Below are positions 38,459 through 50,052 of a DNA stretch of 64,000 bases, piece by piece. Position numbers and translations under genes: made by a program. Position 1 is the stretch's first letter; each line of letters starts with the position of its first letter. The DNA lies in assembly GCA_964585945.1 (NCBI GenBank), contig CAZPGB010000028.1:8736-72735 (forward strand), in the 5' to 3' direction. This DNA is from an uncultured bacterium. GTDB taxonomy: Bacteria > Eisenbacteria > RBG-16-71-46 > CAIMUX01 > WJJG01. The notes beneath the pieces are model-generated. The model saw only the letters and a list, made by a program, of their open reading frames with translations, was not told the origin of the DNA and ran no database searches.

Positions 38459-39163
38459 ATGAAATCGAGCAAGCACGTTCTGACACTGGCGCTGGCCGCT
38501 CTCGGGCTGGCCGTTGCTTCGAACGCTTCGGCGACGTTGTATGAGGTCAAGATCGAGAACCTGATTCCCGGCGGACCGGAGACCGGTCAGCCCATGACGC
38601 CCCCCGTGGTCGTCGTGCACAACGCCGGCTATGCGCTCTTCGCGCCGGGCGACTTCGCCAGCGCCGGTCTGGAGAAGCTGGCCGAAGACGGCGTGACCGA
38701 CGATCTGGTCGCGGAGGCGATGGCCAGCGCGGACGTCTACCAGGTCGAGGTGGGCGGCGGCCCGTTCTTCGACGAGGTGGTCGTACAGATCGAAGGCAAC
38801 GCGGGCGACTTGCTCTCGGTGGTCACCATGCTCGCACGCAGCAACGATCTCATCACGGGCGTCGCGGACCTGGTGCTTCCGGGAGCGGGAAGCACGGTCG
38901 TCGATCCGACGAACGTCTACGACGCCGGGACGGAAGAGAACACGGGGCTCATCGAGCACATTCCGTTCTACGGCAACACCTTCGTGGGGCCGGACGAGAA
39001 CAACACGGTGGCCATGATCTCGAGCTACGAGGTGATGAACGACCCGACCTACAAGATGATCTCTTACGAGTTTCCGCCCTCGAGCCGCATCACGGTGCGA
39101 GTGATGGATCCCACCCCGACCCAGCAGAGCACGTGGGGGAACATTAAGGACCTCTTCCGGTAA
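38459..39163 (+). CDS. secreted spondin_N-domain protein with C-terminal TWGxIK motif
   Basis: AAGGAGG RBS, signal peptide; QPMTPPVVVVH, ASAGLEKLAEDG, TMLARSND, YDAGTEEN; ends STWGNIKDLFR. Confidence 0.82.
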   Translation: MKSSKHVLTLALAALGLAVASNASATLYEVKIENLIPGGPETGQPMTPPVVVVHNAGYALFAPGDFASAGLEKLAEDGVTDDLVAEAMASADVYQVEVGGGPFFDEVVVQIEGNAGDLLSVVTMLARSNDLITGVADLVLPGAGSTVVDPTNVYDAGTEENTGLIEHIPFYGNTFVGPDENNTVAMISSYEVMNDPTYKMISYEFPPSSRITVRVMDPTPTQQSTWGNIKDLFR

Positions 39164-39465
39164 AACCTGAACGGGCATTGCACCCAGTACCCGATTTCTT
39201 CCTTGGCGCAAGGCCCGGTGCGCAGCGATGCGCACCGGGCCTTCTCCGTCTCGTCCGGGGCGGCGACCGACTCCTTTCCGGCGGCGCGATTAGGTCTTGA
39301 CCGCGAGCCCCAGCCCGGCGATCTTCGCTGCAAAGGTTTTCCACACCAATACTTGCGGTGGAAGGCTCGTCCCTCTTCCCAGGGGCGGGCCGCCGGCGGC
39401 TCCCGGAGCGGGGCGGCCGCACGACCCCCGCGGATCCAGTCACAATGGGGAGCATGCTCTTGGAG

Positions 39466-40533
39466 ATGAGCGATCAGAACACGGATGGACGGATGCCGGA
39501 CGGCGGAGCACGGGATGCCGGTGCCTCGAGAGCCGGCGGGCGCGCGACGGGAGGGTTTCGCAACGAGTTTAGCTGGAGTCACAGCCGCCAAGGGACGTTC
39601 CGTGAGTGCCGCCGCCGGTACTACTATCAGTACTACGGCTACTGGGGCGGCTGGGCGCCGGACGCCGACCCGTTCGTGCGCAAGCTCTACGTCCTGCGCA
39701 ACCTGAAGAACCGCTACCTCTGGACGGGCAGCCTCGTGCACGACGCGGTGGCGGGCATGCTCGAGCACGTGCGGGCCGGCTATCCTCCGCCCGATGCGGA
39801 CGAGGTCGCCGAGCAAGCTGTGGCGCGCATGCGCAGCGAGTTCCGCCAGTCGCGCGATCAAGCCTACCTGGAGGACCCCAAGCGCTGCGTCGGTCTGACG
39901 GAGCACCACTACCGCGAGCCCGTCGCGGATGCGGTGTGGCGTGACTTCGCCGAAATGGTGCGCCGCTCGATTCACGGGTTTGCGCGGGGACCCTATCTGA
40001 ACGCAGCCACGCAGCTCTCTCGCGAGGACTGGCTCACGCTCGAGCAGCTTCTCTCCTTCGAGATCGACGGGGCCAAGGTCTACGTGAAAATGGATCTGGC
40101 CCACCGACGACCCGACGGGGGCGCGGTGATCCTCGACTGGAAGACCGGCCGGCGACGCCCCCAGCCCGAGGGTCTACAGCTCGGCTGCTACGCGATCTAC
40201 GCGGCCGAAGCGTGGGCGGTCGAGCCCGAGCGCATCCAGGTCATCGAAGCCAACATCAACACCGGCGCGGTGGGCAGCGCTCACATCACGCCCGCCCATC
40301 TGCACGAAGCCCGTGAGGCGATCCGCGCCAGCATCGCCGAGATGCGCGCCTGCCTGGCCGACGTGGACCACAACGTCGCCGAGCTGGAGAGCTTTCCGGC
40401 CGACCCCTCGCTGCGGCTCTGCGGGCGGTGCGTGTTCCGCGAGGTCTGTCCGGAGTTTGCCGAGCTCCAGGCATCGGGCGCGCGGCCGGGCAGCCGTCGC
40501 GAGGCGACCGACCAGGGCGTGGTCCGGGGGTAG
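39466..40533 (+). CDS. PD-(D/E)XK nuclease, Cas4/RecB-like with probable Fe-S cysteines
   Basis: FSWSHSR..ECRRRYY, GSLVH, KMDLA..ILDWKTG, QLGCYAIY, CGRCVFREVC; start uncertain (39445/39454/39466). Confidence 0.82.
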   Translation: MSDQNTDGRMPDGGARDAGASRAGGRATGGFRNEFSWSHSRQGTFRECRRRYYYQYYGYWGGWAPDADPFVRKLYVLRNLKNRYLWTGSLVHDAVAGMLEHVRAGYPPPDADEVAEQAVARMRSEFRQSRDQAYLEDPKRCVGLTEHHYREPVADAVWRDFAEMVRRSIHGFARGPYLNAATQLSREDWLTLEQLLSFEIDGAKVYVKMDLAHRRPDGGAVILDWKTGRRRPQPEGLQLGCYAIYAAEAWAVEPERIQVIEANINTGAVGSAHITPAHLHEAREAIRASIAEMRACLADVDHNVAELESFPADPSLRLCGRCVFREVCPEFAELQASGARPGSRREATDQGVVRG

Positions 40534-40539
40534 CGGGCG

Positions 40540-42297
40540 ATGCGGGCATATGGGGCCGAGGACCTGCAGCGCACGCTGGCGCGCATCGACGGCCGCGGCT
40601 ACAAGGCCTACCGCGATCTGCAGGGATCCTATGATCTGGGCGCCTGGCGCATCGAGATCGCGCACGTGCAGGGCGATCCCTACGCGCCGCCCTCCCGCGT
40701 GCATGCCACGCTGGAGCTTTCCGACGGCGGCTGGACCGAGCTCGCGGGGGGGGGCGACGCCCGTATCCGCGGGCTGGAGGACTTCCTCGGTCGCAGCCTC
40801 GCCGCCGCGATCCGCCGGGTGGGCGCGCGGGAGATCGGCGTGGACCGCTTCGGGCAGGAGGTGCTCCTGCGCACCGTCGTGCGGGTGCGGCCCCGCGGGC
40901 TGGAGGCGCGGCTCTTCGTGCAGCTACCGGCCGCGGGACGACGCATCCTGGGACGCCAGGCGGCCCGGATCCTCCTGAACGAGCTGCCCGCGGTGTTGGC
41001 CGCGGGGCTGGAAGCGGGCTCGCTCGACCGGGCGGCGATCGTCCGCCACCAGGACGTCATCGAGGATCACGGCGCCCTCATCGCCGCTCTCGGCGAGCAC
41101 GGATGGGCGGCCTTCATCGCCAACGGCGCGGTGCTTCCCCGCCGAGCCGGGCACGACGATCGGCCGCTGGAGCAGGGGGGCGAAGCGCCCGTGATTGCCT
41201 TCCGCTCGCCGCCGTCGCTCGAGTGCGAGGTGGTCTTGCCCCATGCAGGCAAGGTGCGCGGCATGGCGATTCCCGCGGGCGTCACCTTGCTGGTCGGGGG
41301 CGGCTTCCACGGCAAGTCGACGCTGCTCGAGGCGGTCTCGCGCGGCATCTATCCCCACATCCCCGGCGACGGCCGCGAGCGCGTGGCCTCCGACCCGTTG
41401 ACCGTGAAGGTGCGGGCCGAGGACGGCCGCGCGGTCACGGCCACCGACATCAGCCCGTTCATCGGCGAGCTGCCCTACGGGCGCTCGACGACCGCGTTCA
41501 GCACCCAGAACGCGAGCGGGAGCACCTCTCAGGCGGCCAACATCATCGAGGCGCTGGAAGTCGGCGCGCGCGTGCTGCTTCTGGACGAGGACACCTCGGC
41601 GACCAATTTCATGATCCGCGACGAGCCGATGCGGCGGCTGCTGAAGCCGGGGCAGGAGCCGATCACCCCCTTCCTCGACCGGGTGCGAAACCTCTACCAG
41701 GATCGCGGGGTTTCAACGGTGTTGGTTGTGGGCGGCAGCGGGGAGTACTTCCGGGTGGCCGATCGGGTAGTGCAGATGGACCGGTATCTGCCGGCCGATG
41801 TGACCGATCTCGCCCGCCGGATCGCCCCGCCCGGAGATGCGCGGCAGGATTCCTTCCCGGCCCCGGGCAGGGCGCGCCGCTTTCAACTGGAAGCCTACCG
41901 GCGCCGGGTGGGCCCGAAAGGACCGCGCGTCAAGGCGCCCGGACGGTCGCGGGTGCTGCTCGAGCGCGAAGAGGTGGATCTGTCGGCATGCGAGCAGATC
42001 GTCTCCCCGTCGCAGACGCGCACCTTGACCGAGATCCTCGCGCGCCTGGTGGAGCGCGGGGGCGGTTCCTGGGAACGGTGGGCGCGCGGGGCCACGGCGC
42101 GCGAGCTGCACGCGGCCCTGGAGAGCCTGGGCGACGAGGTGCTCGACCGGGTTTGCCGGCATCCGCGCGGCGATCTGGCGGCGGTGCGAAGCGTGGAGCT
42201 CGTGGCGCTCCTGAACCGCTTGCGCGAGCTGCGCGTCAACGAGGAGCCGCGGCCGATGGTGTCGGCGCAGGGCGGGCCGCGGGACGGTTCCGGGTAG
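40540..42297 (+). CDS. ABC-ATPase domain-containing protein (soluble ABC_ATPase family)
   Basis: IDGRGYKAY, HVQGDPYAPPS, GGGFHGKSTLL, HIPGDGRE, ASGSTSQAA, LDEDTSATNFMIRD. Confidence 0.85.
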   Translation: MRAYGAEDLQRTLARIDGRGYKAYRDLQGSYDLGAWRIEIAHVQGDPYAPPSRVHATLELSDGGWTELAGGGDARIRGLEDFLGRSLAAAIRRVGAREIGVDRFGQEVLLRTVVRVRPRGLEARLFVQLPAAGRRILGRQAARILLNELPAVLAAGLEAGSLDRAAIVRHQDVIEDHGALIAALGEHGWAAFIANGAVLPRRAGHDDRPLEQGGEAPVIAFRSPPSLECEVVLPHAGKVRGMAIPAGVTLLVGGGFHGKSTLLEAVSRGIYPHIPGDGRERVASDPLTVKVRAEDGRAVTATDISPFIGELPYGRSTTAFSTQNASGSTSQAANIIEALEVGARVLLLDEDTSATNFMIRDEPMRRLLKPGQEPITPFLDRVRNLYQDRGVSTVLVVGGSGEYFRVADRVVQMDRYLPADVTDLARRIAPPGDARQDSFPAPGRARRFQLEAYRRRVGPKGPRVKAPGRSRVLLEREEVDLSACEQIVSPSQTRTLTEILARLVERGGGSWERWARGATARELHAALESLGDEVLDRVCRHPRGDLAAVRSVELVALLNRLRELRVNEEPRPMVSAQGGPRDGSG

Positions 42298-42305
42298 GCA
42301 GGCAG

Positions 42306-43343
42306 ATGGCTCGGGAACATCCCATCGACCGCGCCCGCCACGATGCGGGCTCCCAGCGGACCGGCGACGGAGGGCTGTGGACCGCGGGCACGGTCGCGCG
42401 CGGCACAGGTCCGGGATCGGGAAGCGCACCGCGCTGGCGCCGGCGTCGGCGCCGGCGGGCGATCGTCGATCTGGTGCTCCTGCCCGTCGAGCTCGTGGCA
42501 ACGCTGATCTGGACGGCGGCCCGCGCGGCGCTTCGGCCTTGTGGGCGGGCGCTGGAACGGCGGTTGCCGCTGGGAGCGCGATACCGCCTGCGCCGTCTGC
42601 GGACCTACCTGAGCCGGCGCGACCGTCCGCTGCGCAAGAGCATCGCCATTTCCGGGGTGGTGCACGTGGCCTGTTTCGCGGCGCTGGCGATCGTCCCCGC
42701 GCGCTCCGACTCGCCGCAACGCTTCCAGACCCCGCTGGTGGTCTCCCTCATCACCGTGACCGACACCCAGCCGCAGGTGCGCACTTCGCCGCCGCCGGCC
42801 GAGACCACGCCTCCCGATGAGCCGAAGCCGAAGCCGAAGCCGGCGCAGGAGCCGCAAAAGGAGCGCCCGACGATCCAGGAGCCCCAGCCGAAGGCGTCGT
42901 CGCCGCCCGCGCCGCCGGTGAAACAGCCCGAGAAGGCGATCCGCGCGGCCGCGGCGCCCGATTCGATGCGCGCGCAGCCGTCGTCCAGCATCAATCTGAA
43001 GATGGCCACGCGTGTGGATGAGGCCGCCTTCACGTTCGATTACTACCTGCCCCAGGTCGTCAGCATGATCTCGGCCGCCTGGATGCAGCCGGCCGGCATC
43101 TCGGGCCATGGAGAAGGCCCGGCCGCCATCGTGCGGTTCCGGATCCTCCGCAACGGGGTGGTCACCGGGTTGACCATGGAGGATCCGTCGGGCGCCGCGC
43201 TGTTCGACCGCAGCGCGCTGGAGGCCGTGGCCGCCGCCCAGCCGTTGCCCCCCTTGCCCCCGGCATACGGAGGGCAGTGGCTGACGGTGCACCTGAGGTT
43301 TGTCTACAGCGATCCGCGTCCGGCGGGCTTGTATCGGCGGTAG
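42306..43343 (+). CDS. TolA/TonB-family protein
   Basis: TM segment with SGVVH, Pro/Lys-rich linker, C-terminal VRFRILRNG..SGAALFDRSALEAV..PLPPLP; upstream of tolB-pal. Confidence 0.78.
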   Translation: MAREHPIDRARHDAGSQRTGDGGLWTAGTVARGTGPGSGSAPRWRRRRRRRAIVDLVLLPVELVATLIWTAARAALRPCGRALERRLPLGARYRLRRLRTYLSRRDRPLRKSIAISGVVHVACFAALAIVPARSDSPQRFQTPLVVSLITVTDTQPQVRTSPPPAETTPPDEPKPKPKPAQEPQKERPTIQEPQPKASSPPAPPVKQPEKAIRAAAAPDSMRAQPSSSINLKMATRVDEAAFTFDYYLPQVVSMISAAWMQPAGISGHGEGPAAIVRFRILRNGVVTGLTMEDPSGAALFDRSALEAVAAAQPLPPLPPAYGGQWLTVHLRFVYSDPRPAGLYRR

Positions 43344-43437
43344 CGGGAAGGTCTCTTGGTCGAGCGCCGGCATCCCGTCGGGCCACCCCGCCGATGCGGC
43401 TCGAAAGCCTACGGAGAGGCGGGCCGAAGAGGAGCGC

Positions 43438-44832
43438 ATGAAGAAGGAGCTGGTTCGACGCAGGAATCGCGAGGCGGCGCGGGCTCAGCGGCCGCTGGCT
43501 GCGGGCCTGGCCCTGATCCTGTCGCTGGCGGCGTGGACGCCGGCCGCGCTGGGCCAGGCGGAAGTGTTCACCGAGGTGCGCAAGGGGGAGCTCCACAAGA
43601 CCCCGATCGTGATCGAGGCGTTCCACTGGTTCGGTCTGGATCCGGTTCGCTTCCAGGGCGGACGTCAGGGCGCGGAAGATGTGTTGGCCTGGGACCTGGT
43701 CTACTCCGACGCGTTCACGGCCGTGCGCATGCCCCAGGAAAACCCGGTCCATCCCGGTGTCGTCCTGGATGTCCAGGGCCACCCGCTCGATCGGCCGGTG
43801 CGGGCGCGCGTGCGTGGCGAGGTCCGCCGGGAGGGTCATCGGCTGCGCCTGAAGGCCACGCTGGTCGATGAGGGCTCGGGCACCAAGATCTTCGAGCGCA
43901 CCTACGATATCGACTGGAACGCGCGGGCGCTGGAAGCGGATCGTTGGGGCATGCACGTGTTGGCCGACGACATCGTCTACTACCTGACCGGCAGCCGGGG
44001 GACCGCCGCCACGCGCATCGCGTTCGTCCGGGCGCGGGACGGCGCGAAGGAGTTGTGCCTGGTCGATTGGGGCGGTCACAGCGAGCAGCAGCTCACCGCC
44101 CTGGGCTCGATCATCCTCTCTCCGGCCTGGCACCCCTCCGGTCGCTGGCTGGCGTTCACCAGCTACCACCTGGGGCAGCCGACGCTCACCGGCCTGGACT
44201 TGATGCGCAGCGAGCTGGAGGTGTTGAGCAGCGCACACACGCCGGGCGCTCCGTGCTATTCGCCGGACGGCAAGCAGATCGCTTTCTCCACCACCGAAGA
44301 CGGCAACGCCGAGATCTACGTCGCCCGCGCCGACGGCTCCCGTCCGCGGCGCCTGACATTCGATCCCGAGATCGACACCGCGCCGAGCTGGTCGCCCTCG
44401 GGTCGGCGGATCGTCTTCACCTCCGACCGGTGGGGCAACCCGCACCTGTTCGCGGTCAACGTGGACGGCTCCGATCTCGTCCAGCTCACCTACACCGGCT
44501 CCTGGAACGGCTCCCCGGACTGGTCGCCGACCGGGGATCGCATCGTCCATGTGAGCCGCATCGAGGGGGAGTACGAGCTGGCCCTGATCCATGCCGACGG
44601 CAGCGGCTGGCGGCGCCTCACCATGGGGGGCGGTTGCGAGAACCCGCGTTGGGCGCCCGACGGGCGCCACGTGGTCTTCGCGCGCTCCCGCGGCGACGAA
44701 CGGACGCTGATGATCCTCGACGTCGACACAGGCGCCGCGCGCCGATTGACAGGCCTGAACGGGGATACCTATAATCCGGCCTGGTCGCAACCGGCCAGGG
44801 AACGGCTCAGCTTACTCAATCCAGGAGGATAG
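43438..44832 (+). CDS. tolB: Tol-Pal system beta-propeller protein TolB
   Basis: Signal peptide; TRIAFV, SPAWHPSG, SPDGKQIAF, PSWSPSGRRIVFTSDR PD40 repeats. Confidence 0.9.
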   Translation: MKKELVRRRNREAARAQRPLAAGLALILSLAAWTPAALGQAEVFTEVRKGELHKTPIVIEAFHWFGLDPVRFQGGRQGAEDVLAWDLVYSDAFTAVRMPQENPVHPGVVLDVQGHPLDRPVRARVRGEVRREGHRLRLKATLVDEGSGTKIFERTYDIDWNARALEADRWGMHVLADDIVYYLTGSRGTAATRIAFVRARDGAKELCLVDWGGHSEQQLTALGSIILSPAWHPSGRWLAFTSYHLGQPTLTGLDLMRSELEVLSSAHTPGAPCYSPDGKQIAFSTTEDGNAEIYVARADGSRPRRLTFDPEIDTAPSWSPSGRRIVFTSDRWGNPHLFAVNVDGSDLVQLTYTGSWNGSPDWSPTGDRIVHVSRIEGEYELALIHADGSGWRRLTMGGGCENPRWAPDGRHVVFARSRGDERTLMILDVDTGAARRLTGLNGDTYNPAWSQPARERLSLLNPGG

Positions 44833-44838
44833 TTCCTC

Positions 44839-45357
44839 ATGTCGCACACGACGCGATCCGCGTATCTCGCCCTTGGTCTCGTGCTAGCGGTGCTGGCCGC
44901 CGGGGCCGTAGGATGCTCGAAAAAGGCCAGTCAGACCGAGACGGTCACGCCTCCCGTGCAGGTGGAGCCGGCCCGCCCCGCCGAGCCGTCGCGCCCGGCG
45001 CCTCCTGTGTCCGAGCCGTCGGTGGAGCTGAGCTTCGACCCGGCCTTCTTCGATTTCGACAAGTACAACATCCGGGCCGATGCGCGTGATGCCCTGACCC
45101 ACAACGCCAAGCTCCTGATGGATCACCCCGAAGCGCGCATCGTGATCGAAGGGCATTGCGACGAGCGCGGCACGCGCGAGTACAACCTCGCGCTGGGAGA
45201 CCGCCGCGCCCGGGCGGCCAAGGACTTCCTCGTGCGCTTCGGGGTCGAGGAAGCTCGCATCGAGGTGATCAGCTACGGCGAGGAACGTCCCTTCGCCGCG
45301 GGCCACAACGAGACTGCGTGGCAGCAGAACCGGCGGGCGCATTTCCGGACCAAGTAA
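44839..45357 (+). CDS. pal: peptidoglycan-associated lipoprotein Pal
   Basis: Lipobox AVGC; FFDFDK, IEGHCDERGTREYNLALGDRRA, ISYGEERP, NRRA. Confidence 0.96.
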   Translation: MSHTTRSAYLALGLVLAVLAAGAVGCSKKASQTETVTPPVQVEPARPAEPSRPAPPVSEPSVELSFDPAFFDFDKYNIRADARDALTHNAKLLMDHPEARIVIEGHCDERGTREYNLALGDRRARAAKDFLVRFGVEEARIEVISYGEERPFAAGHNETAWQQNRRAHFRTK

Positions 45358-45431
45358 TCCCGCCTGATGAAGGCCCACAACCGCGCTCGGGGCGCGAAGC
45401 GAAGACGTCTCCTCGGCGACCCGCAGACGCG

Positions 45432-46523
45432 ATGGGGATGGGCGTGCGTTCAAATGGACTCATAGCCTGGGGAGCGGTCGCTCTCCTGCTGGCAAGCGGC
45501 GCACTGTGCGGCTGCGCGACCGGGACACGAACATCCTCCGCGGCCGACCTCCAGTCCGCCCGGCCCACGCCGGGGGAGGAGGAGATCCTGCGCCGCCTCC
45601 AGCAGCTCGAGGCGTCGATCCAGAGGGTCGAGGACGAGATTCGGCGATTGAATGCACAGAGCGGCGCGCAGCTCGACGGGCTGCGCGCCCAGCTCGCGTC
45701 TCTGAATGCGAAGGTCGCGGCCCAGGATCGGCTGCTCAGCCGGGCCGCCTCGGCGGTCAGCGGATCCGGGCGGCCTGCACTGGAGGCCGACACCGACGAC
45801 CTCGACGTCCTCGCGCCGCAGCCGGGTGAGACGATCACGCGTCTCGACGGACCCGATCCCTATGCGACCGACCGCAGCGCCAGGGTGCGCTACGGTCCGG
45901 CCACCGGGCCGCCGCCCTCGGCGGAGGCCGACTCCGTGCAGGCCGAAGGGCCGCAGGGGACCGGGGCGGCGACGGCCCCCGGCGCAGAAGGGCTACCGCC
46001 GGCGGAGCCGCGATCGGGGACGATCGCCGCGGCCGACAGCGCCGATGCAGGGGCCCCTTCCGCGGCGCCCGACGCCGGCGCCGGCGAGCCGCTGGATGTG
46101 AGCGAGATGCGGCAGGCGGGGGATCTGGGAACCCTCATTCCCGATCCACCCGAGGAGGGCCGTCGCCGCTACGAGACGGCCTATCGCGACCTCCAGCGGG
46201 AGAACTACCAGCTCGCGCTGATCAACTTCCGCGCATTCCTCGATGAGTATCCGGCGACCCGCCTCTCCGACAACGCGCAATACTGGATCGGGGAGGTCTA
46301 CTACGCGCAGGGGCAGTTCACCCAGGCCGCCGAGGAATTCCGCAAGGTCGTCGACGACTACGCCGGTCAGGACAAGGTGCCGGCGGCCTACTACAAGATC
46401 GCCCTCTGCTTCATCAATCTGCGTGACAAGGTCACCGCCAAGCGCTACCTGGACTACCTCGTGGAGCGTTTCCCCGACACGCGCGAGGCCCAACTGGCCG
46501 AGCAGAAACGAGCGGAGCTCTAG
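45432..46523 (+). CDS. cpoB: Tol-Pal system protein CpoB/YbgF
   Basis: Lipoprotein-like N-terminus, coiled coil, TPR domain NAQYWIGEVYY..KVPAAYYKIA..FPDT; follows pal. Confidence 0.85.
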   Translation: MGMGVRSNGLIAWGAVALLLASGALCGCATGTRTSSAADLQSARPTPGEEEILRRLQQLEASIQRVEDEIRRLNAQSGAQLDGLRAQLASLNAKVAAQDRLLSRAASAVSGSGRPALEADTDDLDVLAPQPGETITRLDGPDPYATDRSARVRYGPATGPPPSAEADSVQAEGPQGTGAATAPGAEGLPPAEPRSGTIAAADSADAGAPSAAPDAGAGEPLDVSEMRQAGDLGTLIPDPPEEGRRRYETAYRDLQRENYQLALINFRAFLDEYPATRLSDNAQYWIGEVYYAQGQFTQAAEEFRKVVDDYAGQDKVPAAYYKIALCFINLRDKVTAKRYLDYLVERFPDTREAQLAEQKRAEL

Positions 46524-46650
46524 AGCCTGGAGGCGCTGCACCCCGCGCTCGCGCTCCGCAGACCCGCGCCGCCCGCGATCGGCGGGGGCCGCGGGCGCCC
46601 GGGAGGAACTGCGCTCGGCGGGGCGGATGTTGCGGGGGCGAGGAGGTTGG

Positions 46651-47274
46651 ATGCGCATCTACACCGGAACCGGAGACCAGGGGCGGACCAGTCTGTTCAG
46701 CGGCGAGCGGGTCCCGAAGAACAGCCTGCGCATCGAGGCCTACGGCGACCTGGACGAGCTGAGCTGCGCGTTGGGCGCAGTGGTCGAAGCCCTGCCCGAC
46801 CCACTGCGAGGCGACGTGGCGGCGGAGTTGGAGGGGATCCAGACCACGCTGCTTCAGGCGGGCGCATGGTTGGCGACGACGCCCGGGGCTGCGGCACAGA
46901 GCTCGCTGAAGCCGCTCTCGCCCGAAGACCCCCGCCGGCTGGAGCAGGCCATCGACCGTATGGAGATGGACCTGGAACCACTGCACGGCTTCGTTCTCCC
47001 CGGGGGACACCGCGCCTCCTGCTGGGCCCATGTTGCGCGCACCATCTGCCGGCGAAGCGAGCGCCGGCTGGTGGGGCTCATGGATCGGGACGACGAGCAG
47101 GGCGCGCCGCGCGAACCGGGAGAGGCTCCCGCGGAAACCGCCGCCACGCGGCAGGCCGCGGAGCAAGTGGGCTTCATCCTGATCTACCTCAATCGCCTCT
47201 CCGACTACCTCTTCGTCCTGGCGAGAACGTGCAATCGGGCGGCGGGGCGCTCCGACCGGATGTGGGAGCCATGA
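46651..47274 (+). CDS. pduO: PduO-type ATP:cob(I)alamin adenosyltransferase
   Basis: MRIYTGTGDQGRT, RIEAYGDLDEL, FVLPGG, HVARTICRRSER, YLNRLSDYLFVLAR; GAGGAGG RBS. Confidence 0.92.
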   Translation: MRIYTGTGDQGRTSLFSGERVPKNSLRIEAYGDLDELSCALGAVVEALPDPLRGDVAAELEGIQTTLLQAGAWLATTPGAAAQSSLKPLSPEDPRRLEQAIDRMEMDLEPLHGFVLPGGHRASCWAHVARTICRRSERRLVGLMDRDDEQGAPREPGEAPAETAATRQAAEQVGFILIYLNRLSDYLFVLARTCNRAAGRSDRMWEP

Positions 47275-47954
47275 GCGCGCGGGGCCCGGGACCGGCCCAG
47301 GCGCGGGGGTCGCGCCTGCTGGCCCGGCGCTGGATTTCGCCGCAGACCTTCGAAATCGTGCTGACCCGCCCGGCCGGCCTCTCCTTCCAGGCCGGCCAGC
47401 ACCTGCGACTACGGATCGGTCCGGACGAGCGCGACTACTCGATGGTCAGCGCTCCCGGCGATCCCGAGCTGGTCCTGTGCATTCGCCGCGTTGCGGGACC
47501 GGGTCTCTCCGACCAGTTGGCCCGGTGCCCGATCGGGACGCACCTGACCTTCACGGGGCCCCACGGGCACTTCACCTACCGCCGCTCGGACCGAAAGGCG
47601 GTCTTCGTGGCCACCGGCACCGGCATCGCGCCGTTCGTGGCCATGGCCCGCGCCGGGGCCCGGGCCTTCACGCTCTTGCACGGTGTGCGGCGATCCGATG
47701 AACTACTCTACGCTGGCGAGCTGGCTGCCTCGGCCGGCCGCTACGTCGGGTGTCTGACCGAGCCGGGGAACCCGGGCGGGTCGCCCGATGGGGGGATCTT
47801 CCGGGGGCGGGTGACCGCGTTTCTGGAGGGCGTTCTGGAGCCGGACCTCTACGACTTCTACCTCTGTGGCGGCACGGAGATGATCCGCGACGCCACGTGG
47901 ATCGCCGATCGGCGCTTTCCCCGGTCCCGGGTCTACTACGAGAGCTTTTTCTGA
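47271..47954 (+). CDS. FAD/NAD(P)-binding oxidoreductase (ferredoxin-NADP reductase-like)
   Basis: FQAGQH, RDYSMVS, GPHGHF, VATGTGIAPF, YLCGG, YYESFF; ATGA overlap with pduO. Confidence 0.85.
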   Translation: MSARGPGPAQARGSRLLARRWISPQTFEIVLTRPAGLSFQAGQHLRLRIGPDERDYSMVSAPGDPELVLCIRRVAGPGLSDQLARCPIGTHLTFTGPHGHFTYRRSDRKAVFVATGTGIAPFVAMARAGARAFTLLHGVRRSDELLYAGELAASAGRYVGCLTEPGNPGGSPDGGIFRGRVTAFLEGVLEPDLYDFYLCGGTEMIRDATWIADRRFPRSRVYYESFF

Positions 47955-47987
47955 CCCCGGTGGGCCCGGCGCGGCCGCGACGTTGTG

Positions 47988-50040
<2,053 letters not shown>

Positions 50041-50052
50041 CCCCGGCCCCCG

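Noticed and set aside
39466-40533. Calling the nuclease a CRISPR cas4
   Set aside because: It lies about 37 kb from cas3 with no cas1/cas2 or array nearby, and type I-E systems normally lack Cas4.
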